From Bacillota bacterium (GTDB taxonomy: Bacteria; Bacillota; Clostridia; Acetivibrionales; DSM-2933): a DNA stretch of 64,000 nt. This document shows, in pieces, positions 1 to 9,546 of the stretch (position 1 is its first letter; each line of letters opens with the position of its first letter). The notes below the pieces were generated by a model, which made no database searches, was not told the DNA's origin, and saw nothing but the letters and a program-made list of their open reading frames with translations. Location of the stretch: positions 179,283 through 243,282 of the forward strand of contig JAEYGM010000048.1 of the NCBI GenBank assembly GCA_023454275.1, given 5' to 3'. The position numbers and the translations under genes were made by a program.

Positions 1-1
1 C

Positions 2-181
2 TATCAGTGTATCTCTAAAGTATTTGCAAATTTGAATGACGAGGATTTCTTTAAGCTGCTTAACCGTGTGTCGCAGTATATCGCTGCCTGGGAATCAGCG
101 GTTGGTCCTGTCCTAATTAAGAAGGGCAGATTAGCCATGTTGAAAAACGTGAATGCTTCCTCTCCATCGCAGCAGGCGGTT
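2..181 (+). CDS. 3' fragment of a hypothetical protein (open from window edge, stop TGA at 179-181)
   Basis: ORF open from window start; no recognisable motifs. Confidence 0.25.
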
Positions 182-294
182 TGAGGATCCCAAAGATGAA
201 AGAGAGTAATAGATCCACTCTCTTTCCATTTTTGATTGAGGCCCTGGAATAAATGCCACGACAGATGGGCGTATAACTTTGTTGTAGGAATGAG

Positions 295-639
295 GTGATA
301 TTGATGCGTCAGGTATATAATACATCCTTACTCAAGCGGGTCCTTGATTACTATGAACAGCGCTTGAACAAGGCGGTTGAAATGGGTATCTCACAGATAC
401 CCGGCCATCCCAATTACCCTATGTATCGTGAGCTGGTCCTTCGGGTAGAGACCCTGCGAACAGGCATTTTGTATGCCGACGCACTCGTCGCTTTCATAAA
501 GGATGATGATCTCTTTGTATATATCGCAAAGTTTGTTAACTCACTCTTCCAGAAAACCTCTGAGGGAGAAACACAGAATGAAACCATAAAGGCCATTGAA
601 AGCTGTTCTGCTCAAAAAACCGCGTCTGGACAGCTCTGA
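295..639 (+). CDS. hypothetical protein (114 aa), GTG/ATG start
   Basis: ORF with AGGTGA-like RBS; no family motif recognised. Confidence 0.35.
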   Translation: MILMRQVYNTSLLKRVLDYYEQRLNKAVEMGISQIPGHPNYPMYRELVLRVETLRTGILYADALVAFIKDDDLFVYIAKFVNSLFQKTSEGETQNETIKAIESCSAQKTASGQL

Positions 640-874
640 TGGACGCGATAGACAGATTTTCAAGCCAATATGTGATTATGCACAAGTACCACTTTTTTAT
701 GTGGATATCGTCCATTATGTGGTATGTGCGCTGCGTTTTTTTCCTTGTGGTGAGAGAGGCTATATACAATGTAGACCGCGGAAAGCTTGAAGCATATTTA
801 CAGCAATAAAGGTGTTTATTGGGATGCTGTGTTCAAATGCAGCATGAAAAAATTGACGATTGGTTAATTATAAA

Positions 875-1156
875 ATGAAAGGAGTCCCTATCTCACCAGG
901 CAGCAGAATAACCGACAGTATGGAGTTTCATGTCAACGAATCCATTGAATATATACATACTGCTGAAAATGTGGCAATCCCGATAGCGCTTGAAATGGAC
1001 TTTTGGGCCAATGCAATTATTCCCATTGCCACAGATACAGACAAATTGGGTAGCTTGGTGTTGATCAGGAAAAGCGATGAACTTCCAACTGAAGAGCAGA
1101 TCCAGTGTGCAAGGTTTTTTGCGAAACTGCTCGCCGACCTGCTTGCTCTGGATTAG
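875..1156 (+). CDS. hypothetical small protein (94 aa)
   Basis: ORF MKGVPISPGS...; no clear domain. Confidence 0.3.
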   Translation: MKGVPISPGSRITDSMEFHVNESIEYIHTAENVAIPIALEMDFWANAIIPIATDTDKLGSLVLIRKSDELPTEEQIQCARFFAKLLADLLALD

Positions 1157-1313
1157 GAGGATGCGCATAAGACTGTGAAAAATCAGCCTTTGCCATAATC
1201 ACTGTCAGCTGATCTTCATGTTAAGAAACAAAATATTTTATATGTTTAAGAATGACGCTGCTGGACGCATAAAACCTTCCGGCAGCTTTATTAATTTTAA
1301 GGAGGATGGGAAA

Positions 1314-1753
1314 ATGCAAACCATGACCAGAGAGCAGCAAGACTTTGCCGCTCACAATCATAAGTTGGTGTACAGATTTTTAAACAAAAAAATCTCAGTA
1401 TAGATGAGTATTATGACATCGTTGTATTTGGCTGCCTGCGTGCAGTTCAGAAATACACCCAACGGCCTGAACTGCGCCGGTACAAGTTCTCCACTATTGC
1501 CTGGAGAGCTATGGAAACGGATGTCAAGAGTTATTACAACTACAAGAATCGACCTATAAGAAAAGCAGTGTGTTGCAGTCTTGATGAAGTAATACCCCGC
1601 ACAGAAAATCTTATGTTGATGTCCGTTATTTCAGGACCTGACTATAGTATTGAGAGTCCAAAGGACAGTCTGCTCTGGATGGAAGTTACATCTGCGATTA
1701 CCAAAAAACAGATGGACGTTCCCCAGATGAAAGTTGCGGAAGCCTCAGAGTAG
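1314..1753 (+). pseudogene. sigma-70 region-2 / ArpU-like small phage-type transcription factor, split by a -1 frame change at an A7 homopolymer (1386-1392)
   Basis: frame 0 ORF 1314-1403 (…HNHKLVYRFLNKKISV*) continues in another frame as DEYYDIVVFGCLRAVQKY… to 1753; junction sits in the AAAAAAA run. Confidence 0.35.
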
Positions 1754-1863
1754 GAAATTGCCAGGGAATACCAGACGAGCTGTAATAACATCAAGACCGT
1801 AATTGAGGCTATCAAGGGACGCATCCATGACTTGGTACTGGCCTAACTGAGAGGAGGAGACAT

Positions 1864-2163
1864 ATGCATTACACAATTTACCAGATCATGTCTGTTCCCG
1901 TTTCAGAAGATGACTATATCTCTGAATGTGATTTCTATGATCACTGGTTCACAAAAAGTATTGCGGATTATATTAGTGATGATGTCAATCGAGATGCAGC
2001 CATCACAAGCTTTAAGGAATACTTAGAGAAATTCGGATCATGCAAATTTGATGAAGAGAATACTTCATTCACTTTTTATGCGGGGTTTCATGAATCGTAT
2101 TTCAAGCACCAGTATGAAAGGTTTAAAAAGGAGATTGCATTTTCATTATCACCAACATTGTAG
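1864..2163 (+). CDS. hypothetical protein (99 aa)
   Basis: ORF preceded by GGAGGAG RBS (1852-1858). Confidence 0.4.
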   Translation: MHYTIYQIMSVPVSEDDYISECDFYDHWFTKSIADYISDDVNRDAAITSFKEYLEKFGSCKFDEENTSFTFYAGFHESYFKHQYERFKKEIAFSLSPTL

Positions 2164-2457
2164 GCACACATTGATATTTTAGATAATTCATTTTTAATTG
2201 AATATGCCAATATTCCGGTTCCTAAATTGATTGTGAAGGTTTTACATACAATTTACTGAGTTATTAATAATTGCAATATAGGGAGTGTTTTTAATGGCCT
2301 AAGAATATCTGCCTTTTTCTGCATTTGAACAGTCACATATTCAGTGTAAAAAATCTACTTTTGACCATATAATCTACATCTATTATGATATAATTAGAAA
2401 CAAGCAAATATTGTATGCGTACTTAGAAATAGTCATAAGGGGGGCTGACAATTTATT

Positions 2458-4896
2458 ATGTACACAGCACATTTTAGGAAAAGTGACAAGAAACATCAAA
2501 CGGTCAGAGAACATTTAATAAATGTGTCAGAATACTGCAAAGCTTACGGAAATAGTATAGGTATAGCAAAAACCGCTGAACTTATTGGATTGATCCATGA
2601 TATGGGGAAACTGAGTGATGAATTTCAAGAATATATAACAGCTGCTATAGCACATGAAGAGAATGGGACATTAGAAGAATGGGATAAGTCATGTCAAACT
2701 ATTGATCACGGTAGAATTGGTGCGATGTATATATTTTTTAAATATCATGATATGGCAGGTTATGAAAAAATTACAGCTGAAATTATTGCAATGGTTGTCT
2801 GCTATCATCATGGCGGTCTACATGATTTTATAACTTTTGATTGTAAAACACCATTATTGGAACGCTTTGAACGTAAAAATCAAGATTGTTCATACCAGCA
2901 AGCTACGGCACGTTTTTTTGAACAAATATTTGATGAGAAATATATTGAACAAATTTTTTTTGAAGCTTGTAAAGAAATAGAAGTGCTAGATAAAAAAATG
3001 ATAAATAATAAACTACCACGCCTTTTTTCAATGCAATTGTTAATTAAACAATTATATAGTATTCTGATTGATGCTGACAGATATGATACATATCTATTTA
3101 TGGATAATAAGCAGAAGGAACCTTCCTTGGATACAAAAATGTTATGGGAGCAATATTCGGAAATGATGAATAATAAGATATCCGAGTTAAAAAATACAGA
3201 AACAAAGTCTGAGCTTGAAGAAAAAATCAAACAACTCAGGCTTGAAGTTTCTGATGCATGTGCGGATTTTTATATTAGGGAAACCGGAGTCTACACTCTG
3301 ACTGTTCCGACTGGTGGAGGAAAAACTTTATCCAGCCTTAGATTTGCCCTAAAGCACGCAATTGAAAAAGGCAAAAAGAGAATAATGTACGTTCTTCCTT
3401 TCACAACAATAATTGAACAGAATGCTAAGGACGTTAGAGATGTATTAAAGTGTGATGACTATTTACTGGAGCATCATTCAAATGTTATACATGATAATGG
3501 TGAAAGCGAAAATAACTATAAGATATTGACTCAGAGATGGGAAAGTCCTATTATTTTTACAACTATGGTGCAGTTCCTCGACACTATTTATGCAGGAGGA
3601 ACGCAGTCGCTAAGAAGGATGCATAACCTGTCCGATTCCATTTTAATCTTTGATGAAATTCAAGCAATACCCATACGGTGTATTTCTTTATTTAACAGCG
3701 CAATTAATTATTTAAGTAAAATATGTAATGCAACAGTAATTCTTTGTTCGGCAACACAACCGAATCTATCGGATACGAAAATTCCTTTGTTAAAAGAAAA
3801 TGATGGAGAGATTATCTCTAACCTGATAGAAAAATTCAGAGAATTTAAAAGAATGCAAGTGAAAGATAAACGAATTGATGGTGGTTACTCATATGAAATG
3901 CTTGGGAATTTTATATATGAATTAAAGGAGAATTTATCAAGTGTTTTGGTTGTTTTAAATACAAAATCCTGTGCAGAAAAAGTATACGGGGAATTAAAAA
4001 AAAGAAACGGAAGCAAGGAACACACTGTTTTTTATTTAAGCACAAATCTTTGCCCAGCACATAGGGAAAAAATAATACGAGTAATAAAGAAATGCTTAAA
4101 CCGCAAGAAATCTGTAATTTGTGTTAGTACTCAATTAATTGAAGCTGGCATCAATATAAGTTTTGAGGGAGTAGTTCGCCACTTGGCAGGTTTAGATTCT
4201 ATTGCCCAAGCGACGGGCAGGGGAAACAGACATGGTGAAGGCGAAATTAAAGTTTCATACATTATTAACCTTAGTGATGAAAATTTGGGGAATCTCAAAG
4301 AAATTGAATTGGGAGAAAAGCATACAACAGAAATTCTGAATGAGTACAGTAAAAGACCAGAAAAATTCGATAGTGATCTGCTTTCACCGGCAGCAATAAA
4401 GCGTTATTACAACTATTATTATGCTGATAAAGATATTGAAAAGCTCATGAATTACCCGATTAAAGTTAAAGACTATAGTTTAGAGCGAAATACTGATATT
4501 TACAAAATGCTTTCCGGAGCAGTTCCAAATAAAAGTGGCTATAAAGACAGATTCGGCAAGGAATGTGGACTGTGTCTAAATTTTATGTTTGAAACAGCCG
4601 GAAAGTATTTTAAGGTTATTGATGATTTAACTACATCTGTACTTGTTCCGTATGGTGAAGGTAAAAAAATAATAACTGAACTTTTTAGTTCAAAATCCTT
4701 AGGAGATAAACTAAAATATCTTAAACTCGTTCAACAGTATTCAGTAAATATTTTTGATAATCAAATGAATAAATTAAAGAATGAGAATGCATTTGACTTA
4801 TCAGAAATACCAGGGATATACGTCTTGAAAGATGGCTATTACGATAAAACGCTTGGCGTTGTTTCAAAAAAACAAATGGATTTTTTAAATGTGTAA
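2458..4896 (+). CDS. cas3: CRISPR-associated helicase/nuclease Cas3 (HD domain + SF2 helicase), type I-C
   Basis: HD motifs (LIHDMGK, CYHHGGLHD); helicase motifs I TVPTGGGKT, II DEIQ, III SAT, VI QATGRGNRHG; sits upstream of cas5c-cas8c-cas7c. Confidence 0.95.
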   Translation: MYTAHFRKSDKKHQTVREHLINVSEYCKAYGNSIGIAKTAELIGLIHDMGKLSDEFQEYITAAIAHEENGTLEEWDKSCQTIDHGRIGAMYIFFKYHDMAGYEKITAEIIAMVVCYHHGGLHDFITFDCKTPLLERFERKNQDCSYQQATARFFEQIFDEKYIEQIFFEACKEIEVLDKKMINNKLPRLFSMQLLIKQLYSILIDADRYDTYLFMDNKQKEPSLDTKMLWEQYSEMMNNKISELKNTETKSELEEKIKQLRLEVSDACADFYIRETGVYTLTVPTGGGKTLSSLRFALKHAIEKGKKRIMYVLPFTTIIEQNAKDVRDVLKCDDYLLEHHSNVIHDNGESENNYKILTQRWESPIIFTTMVQFLDTIYAGGTQSLRRMHNLSDSILIFDEIQAIPIRCISLFNSAINYLSKICNATVILCSATQPNLSDTKIPLLKENDGEIISNLIEKFREFKRMQVKDKRIDGGYSYEMLGNFIYELKENLSSVLVVLNTKSCAEKVYGELKKRNGSKEHTVFYLSTNLCPAHREKIIRVIKKCLNRKKSVICVSTQLIEAGINISFEGVVRHLAGLDSIAQATGRGNRHGEGEIKVSYIINLSDENLGNLKEIELGEKHTTEILNEYSKRPEKFDSDLLSPAAIKRYYNYYYADKDIEKLMNYPIKVKDYSLERNTDIYKMLSGAVPNKSGYKDRFGKECGLCLNFMFETAGKYFKVIDDLTTSVLVPYGEGKKIITELFSSKSLGDKLKYLKLVQQYSVNIFDNQMNKLKNENAFDLSEIPGIYVLKDGYYDKTLGVVSKKQMDFLNV

Positions 4897-4897
4897 G

Positions 4898-4934
4898 AAG
4901 GAACGCCTTAACTAAGTTAGCTAAGGCGTTCCTT
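4898..4934 (+). terminator. 13-bp perfect hairpin right after the cas3 stop (AAGGAACGCCTTA…TAAGGCGTTCCTT)
   Basis: inverted repeat seen directly; the U-tract is weak. Confidence 0.45.
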
Positions 4935-5277
4935 GGGCTTGATAACAAATAGTAATTTTAAAATTTCAATCCACATATTAAAATGACGATTTATTATAGC
5001 ATATAAAGTTAAATAGTTGAACAAGTATTTGATAAAATGCTTTTTGCTTTAAAACTTTTACAAACATATCTCAACCATGTTAATTAATGGAGCTTTACAA
5101 GGAAATCTCCACTTAAAAGATACCTTTTTCAAGAGAATTTTCTATCAAAATATACTTTCCCCTACAAATTGCAATCACTAACCAGGCCCTAAGTAGATAA
5201 AGAAACCACTATTATTCAGAAAGAAAAGTGTAAAAAAATAGTATAATCATTGTTATAAAAAATTATATTGTAATCTA

Positions 5278-5306
5278 TTGACATTATTACAAAACTGAAG
5301 TATTAT
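5278..5306 (+). promoter_or_regulatory. sigma-A-like promoter for the cas5c-cas8c-cas7c-cas4-cas1-cas2 operon (TTGACA-N17-TATTAT)
   Basis: consensus -35/-10 hexamers with 17-nt spacer about 45 nt upstream of the cas5c RBS. Confidence 0.5.
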
Positions 5307-5350
5307 TGTAGTAATATATTAAATAGTAATATTAAAGAAGGGAGATAATT

Positions 5351-6076
5351 ATGGAGAATGTAGTTTCGTTTAAGGTAATTGGTAGATATGCACTCTTTAC
5401 TGATCCTCTAACAAAAATCGGTGGAGAAAAATGTTCGCTTATGATCCCAACTTATCAGGCTTTAAAGGGAATAACCGAATCAATATACTGGAAGCCTAGT
5501 ATTATTTGGGTTATTGATAGTGTGCGCATAATGGAGCCAATTCGAACAGAATCCAAAGGTATTCGCCCAATAAAATACGGCGGAGGGAACGACTTATCAA
5601 TGTATACATATTTGAGTGATGTAGAATATCATGTAAAAGCTCATTTTGAATTCAATGAGCACCGTCCTGACTTAAAAGAGGACTGGAATGAAAATAAACA
5701 TTATTTCATTGCCAAAAGATGTATTGACAAGGGCGGTCGCAGGGATGTTTTTCTGGGAGCAAGGGAATGCCAGGGCTATGTTATTCCATACAATTTCAAT
5801 GACGGAACAGGCTATTACGATAATATGGGAGAAATAGAATTTGGATTTCAATACCATTCAATAAGCTATCCAGATGAAAATGGTAAAAATGAAATGTCAG
5901 CAAACTTTTGGTTTCCTAAAATGGAAAACGGAATTATCAATTTTTGTAGACCTGAAGATTGCCCTAAAAAACGTTCAATAAGAGAAATGAAAGCAAAACA
6001 GTTTAATGAAAACAATTTTAGCGGTGCTGAAGAAGTTGAACTTCTTGATGGATATAAAACTCAGGGAGGCGTATAA
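5351..6076 (+). CDS. cas5: Cas5c (Cas5d) pre-crRNA endoribonuclease / Cascade subunit, type I-C
   Basis: 241 aa, sits between cas3 and cas8c; glycine-rich RAMP features; stop overlaps next start. Confidence 0.85.
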   Translation: MENVVSFKVIGRYALFTDPLTKIGGEKCSLMIPTYQALKGITESIYWKPSIIWVIDSVRIMEPIRTESKGIRPIKYGGGNDLSMYTYLSDVEYHVKAHFEFNEHRPDLKEDWNENKHYFIAKRCIDKGGRRDVFLGARECQGYVIPYNFNDGTGYYDNMGEIEFGFQYHSISYPDENGKNEMSANFWFPKMENGIINFCRPEDCPKKRSIREMKAKQFNENNFSGAEEVELLDGYKTQGGV

Positions 6077-8005
6077 ATGAGCTGGATGAATATGCTTTAT
6101 GAAACCTATGAAAATGTTATGAAAGGCGATACCGACGGATTAAATCCTCCTCTATTGCCAATTGCACATACGACTCAAAATGCAGATATTGAAGTATTGA
6201 TTGATGTTGACGGCAATTTTATCGGAAGCTACCTTGTTGAAAGCGATAAACAAACAATGATACCTTGTTCAGAGTCCTCTGCTGGCAGAGCAGGATCTAA
6301 TCCTGTAAATCACCCGTTGTTTGATAAACTTCAATATCTTGCCGGAGATTATAGTACTTTCGGCGGAGAAAAAGGTTCTCACTTCCATGAAATGTATATG
6401 GCGGATCTAAATGATTGGTGCAATTCCGAATACTTAAACGAGCAAGTTAAGGCAATTTATAAATATCTGAAGAAAGGCTCCCTTATTGCAGATTTGGTTA
6501 AAGATGGAACATTGATTTGTGATGATAATAAAAAGCTGTTGAAAAAGTGGACAGGCAGTAAAAAGGATACTCCCAATGTATTTAAGACTGTAGTTGGTGA
6601 ACAGAGCAATGCTTTTGTCAGATTTAGGGTATCTGGAGGAAATGATAGAGAAACAACAGCTGTCTGGCAAAATAAAAGGGTTCAAAATGATTATATTAAT
6701 TATTATTTAAGTAAACAAGAACATAAAGCATTCTGCTATATTACCGGTAACATAGTTCCATGTTCAAACAACCATCCCTCCAAAATAAGAAATACCGGAG
6801 ACAAGGCAAAGCTTATTTCAGCAAATGATAACACCGGTTTTACTTTTAGAGGCAGGTTTACAGAGTCGGATCAAGCTGTTCAGATAGGCTATGATGTTTC
6901 TCAAAAAACTCACAATGCACTGAAATGGCTTATTACTAAACAGGGTGAGAAATTTGGTAATAAGGTTTTTCTGCTATGGGGTACAAATAATGAGCAGACA
7001 CCTGTCTTAACATATGATACTGTTGATTTTTGTGATTTTGAAACTGAAGATTTTACTTATACAAAAGAGGAAATTGCAGAACGTTTTAATAGAGCAATTG
7101 CGGGTTACAATGCGGAAATTGACAGTAAAACAAATCTTGCACTAATAGGTTTGGATTCTGCAACTACAGGCAGATTATCAATAACATTTTACAGGGAATT
7201 CCATGGTGAACAAGGAAATGAACTCATCAAAAATATTGAGAAGTGGCATAACGATTGCAAATGGCATCATCGTTACAAGAAAAAAGACGGAAAAATTATT
7301 AGTTTCGACGGAGTACCCTCACCAGTAGATATTGCTTTAGTAGCTTATGGCACAGAGCAAAATGGTTTCTTAAAAGCTGATGATAAGTTGGTTGCTGCAA
7401 CAGTGGAGAGGATTTTGCCGTGCATTAGTGATGGCACTAAATTGCCATCGGATATTATGAGGGCAGCAGTCAATAAATGCTTTCACCCTCAAAATTATCA
7501 GGATACTTACAATTGGTATAAAGTGTTTAGCATAACTTGTTCATTGGTTAAAAAACATTATTTGGAAAAAGGAGAGGAATGGGATATGGAGCTTAATTTA
7601 AATACCGATGATATTAATTATAATTGTGGGAGGCTGTTGGCTGTAGCTAATGAGATTGAAAGAAGAGCATTACAAATGATGAGTGACAATAAAAACATCC
7701 GGGAAACAAATGCAATCAGGTACTTTACGAAATTTGCATTACATCCATGCAAAACCTGGGGAATCATTTCTGACAGGCTTGTACCTTATACTGAAAAGTT
7801 GGGTGAAAAGGGAAATGACTTATATAAGTTAAAACAGGAGATATCTGCTAAAATTCCTCCGGAGAAGTTTGAAACTCTAAAAAATCTTGACGGACGTATG
7901 GCTCTTGGCTTTGATTCACAACGTTACTGTTTTTATAATTCATCTAATAAATCTAATATAAAATCCGGAGGTAATGAAAATGACTATTCTGAAGAACAAA
8001 ATTGA
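6077..8005 (+). CDS. cas8c: Cas8c (Csd1) large Cascade subunit, type I-C
   Basis: 642 aa in the canonical I-C position between cas5c and cas7c. Confidence 0.85.
   Translation: MSWMNMLYETYENVMKGDTDGLNPPLLPIAHTTQNADIEVLIDVDGNFIGSYLVESDKQTMIPCSESSAGRAGSNPVNHPLFDKLQYLAGDYSTFGGEKGSHFHEMYMADLNDWCNSEYLNEQVKAIYKYLKKGSLIADLVKDGTLICDDNKKLLKKWTGSKKDTPNVFKTVVGEQSNAFVRFRVSGGNDRETTAVWQNKRVQNDYINYYLSKQEHKAFCYITGNIVPCSNNHPSKIRNTGDKAKLISANDNTGFTFRGRFTESDQAVQIGYDVSQKTHNALKWLITKQGEKFGNKVFLLWGTNNEQTPVLTYDTVDFCDFETEDFTYTKEEIAERFNRAIAGYNAEIDSKTNLALIGLDSATTGRLSITFYREFHGEQGNELIKNIEKWHNDCKWHHRYKKKDGKIISFDGVPSPVDIALVAYGTEQNGFLKADDKLVAATVERILPCISDGTKLPSDIMRAAVNKCFHPQNYQDTYNWYKVFSITCSLVKKHYLEKGEEWDMELNLNTDDINYNCGRLLAVANEIERRALQMMSDNKNIRETNAIRYFTKFALHPCKTWGIISDRLVPYTEKLGEKGNDLYKLKQEISAKIPPEKFETLKNLDGRMALGFDSQRYCFYNSSNKSNIKSGGNENDYSEEQN
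7586..8005 (+). CDS. cas11: putative Cas11c small subunit made by internal translation initiation inside the cas8c 3' region (in frame, 139 aa)
   Basis: strong internal RBS AAAGGAGAGG (7568-7577) 8 nt before in-frame ATG 7586 (MELNLNTDD…); I-C systems are known to encode Cas11 this way. Confidence 0.5.
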   Translation: MELNLNTDDINYNCGRLLAVANEIERRALQMMSDNKNIRETNAIRYFTKFALHPCKTWGIISDRLVPYTEKLGEKGNDLYKLKQEISAKIPPEKFETLKNLDGRMALGFDSQRYCFYNSSNKSNIKSGGNENDYSEEQN

Positions 8006-8900
8006 TTTTGCAGTTGTTGTTTCTGTTTCAAATGCGAACCCCAACGGGGATCCATTAAATGGGAATATGCCCAGAACTACATACGATGGGTATGGCGAGA
8101 TTTCGGATGTCTGTATAAAACGGAAAATAAGAAATCGCCTGATGGATATGGGAGAACCAATTTTTGTACAATCTGATGACAATAATAATGACGGTTACGA
8201 TAGCTTAAGAGAAAGAGCAAAGGCTAATTCTGCTTTAATGGCTGCTGAAAAAGCAAAGGACAATGAAGAATTTGCCAAAATTGCATGTGCGAGTTGGATT
8301 GACGTGAGAAGTTTCGGGCAGGTGTTTGCTTTTAAAGGAGAAAAAGATAAAGGTGATAAGGAAAAAGATGAGAAAGATAAAGGAGAAAAAGACGATAAAA
8401 AAGGTGGCTTATCTGTTGGAGTAAGAGGCCCTGTTTCTATTCACCCTGCCTTTAGCAAGGATACTATTGATGTAACAAGTATCCAGATAACCAAAAGTGT
8501 AAACAACGAATCAAATGACAAAGCGAAGAAAAGCTCCGATACTATGGGAATGAAGCACCGGGTTGATTTTGGCTTATACTTGATTAAAGGAAGTATAAAT
8601 GTACAGCTAGCAGAAAAAACCGGGTTTACTGAGGAGGATTCTGAAAAAATAAAAGAAGCATTAAGAACTATTTTTATTAATGATTGCTCATCGGCTCGTC
8701 CTGACGGAAGTATGGCAGTTCACAAACTATATTGGTGGATGCATAATAACAAAATAGGTCAGTATTCATCTGCAAAGGTTCATAATTGTGTACATATAGA
8801 AAAAAAAGCTGAATGTGAACGGCCAAACTCAATTTATGACTACACAATAAGTGTTCAAAATCTTGATGGATTAAAGCTGGATGAGTATGATGGACTATAA
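7974..8900 (+). CDS. cas7: Cas7c (Csd2) Cascade backbone subunit, with a K/D/E-rich low-complexity insertion
   Basis: N-terminal VVVSVSNANPNGDP signature of Cas7c; GGAGGT RBS; insertion FKGEKDKGDKEKDEKDKGEKDDKKGG. Confidence 0.9.
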   Translation: MKMTILKNKIDFAVVVSVSNANPNGDPLNGNMPRTTYDGYGEISDVCIKRKIRNRLMDMGEPIFVQSDDNNNDGYDSLRERAKANSALMAAEKAKDNEEFAKIACASWIDVRSFGQVFAFKGEKDKGDKEKDEKDKGEKDDKKGGLSVGVRGPVSIHPAFSKDTIDVTSIQITKSVNNESNDKAKKSSDTMGMKHRVDFGLYLIKGSINVQLAEKTGFTEEDSEKIKEALRTIFINDCSSARPDGSMAVHKLYWWMHNNKIGQYSSAKVHNCVHIEKKAECERPNSIYDYTISVQNLDGLKLDEYDGL

Positions 8901-9546
8901 TGAAGAGGATTTCCTTTCTCTTTCGGGAATACAACATTTTGAATTTTGCCGGCGTCAGTGGGCATTAATTCATATTGAACAGCAGTGGCAGGAAAACTTG
9001 CGTACCGTTGAGGGAGAAATTCTACATGAAAAAGCACATGATAATTTATTAAAGGAAAAACGAGGTGACTTAATTATTTCACGAGGAATGGCCGTATTCT
9101 CAAAGTCATTAGGTATAAATGGTGTTTGTGATGTCGTCGAGTTTCAGAAAGATAAAGAAGGTGTGCCAATTTTCGGCAGGGAGGGCTTGTATAAGCCTAT
9201 TCCTATCGAATATAAACGCGGGAAGCCAAAGGAAGATGATATTGATATTTTGCAATTAACAGCACAGGCAATGTGCCTTGAAGAAATGCTGAATTGTGAA
9301 ATTAACGTTGGGTACATGTTTTATGGTGAAACTAACCATAGGATAAAAGTTGAGTTTATTGACGAATTAAAAAAACGCGTAATGGAGATATGCAAAGAGA
9401 TGCACAAAATTTATGAAAGACAGTGTACACCTAAAGTTAAACCAAGTAAAAAATGTAATGCCTGTTCTCTTAAAAATATTTGTATGCCAAAGTTATGCAA
9501 AAATTTATCGGTTAAAGATTATATTGAGAGGAGTTTGGAGGAATGA
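8881..9546 (+). CDS. cas4: Cas4 RecB-like nuclease with C-terminal 4-Cys Fe-S cluster
   Basis: 221 aa; motifs DVVEF, EYKRGK and C-x2-C-x5-C…C near the C-terminus; overlaps cas7 end and cas1 start. Confidence 0.9.
   Translation: MSMMDYNEEDFLSLSGIQHFEFCRRQWALIHIEQQWQENLRTVEGEILHEKAHDNLLKEKRGDLIISRGMAVFSKSLGINGVCDVVEFQKDKEGVPIFGREGLYKPIPIEYKRGKPKEDDIDILQLTAQAMCLEEMLNCEINVGYMFYGETNHRIKVEFIDELKKRVMEICKEMHKIYERQCTPKVKPSKKCNACSLKNICMPKLCKNLSVKDYIERSLEE

Noticed and set aside
2880-3230. Antisense ORFs inside cas3, leuC (17188-17598), leuD-leuB (18211-19573), folE (28472-28883), cphA and others
   Set aside because: They lie entirely within and antisense to well-supported conserved genes, and their composition is low-complexity. 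These are typical shadow ORFs.
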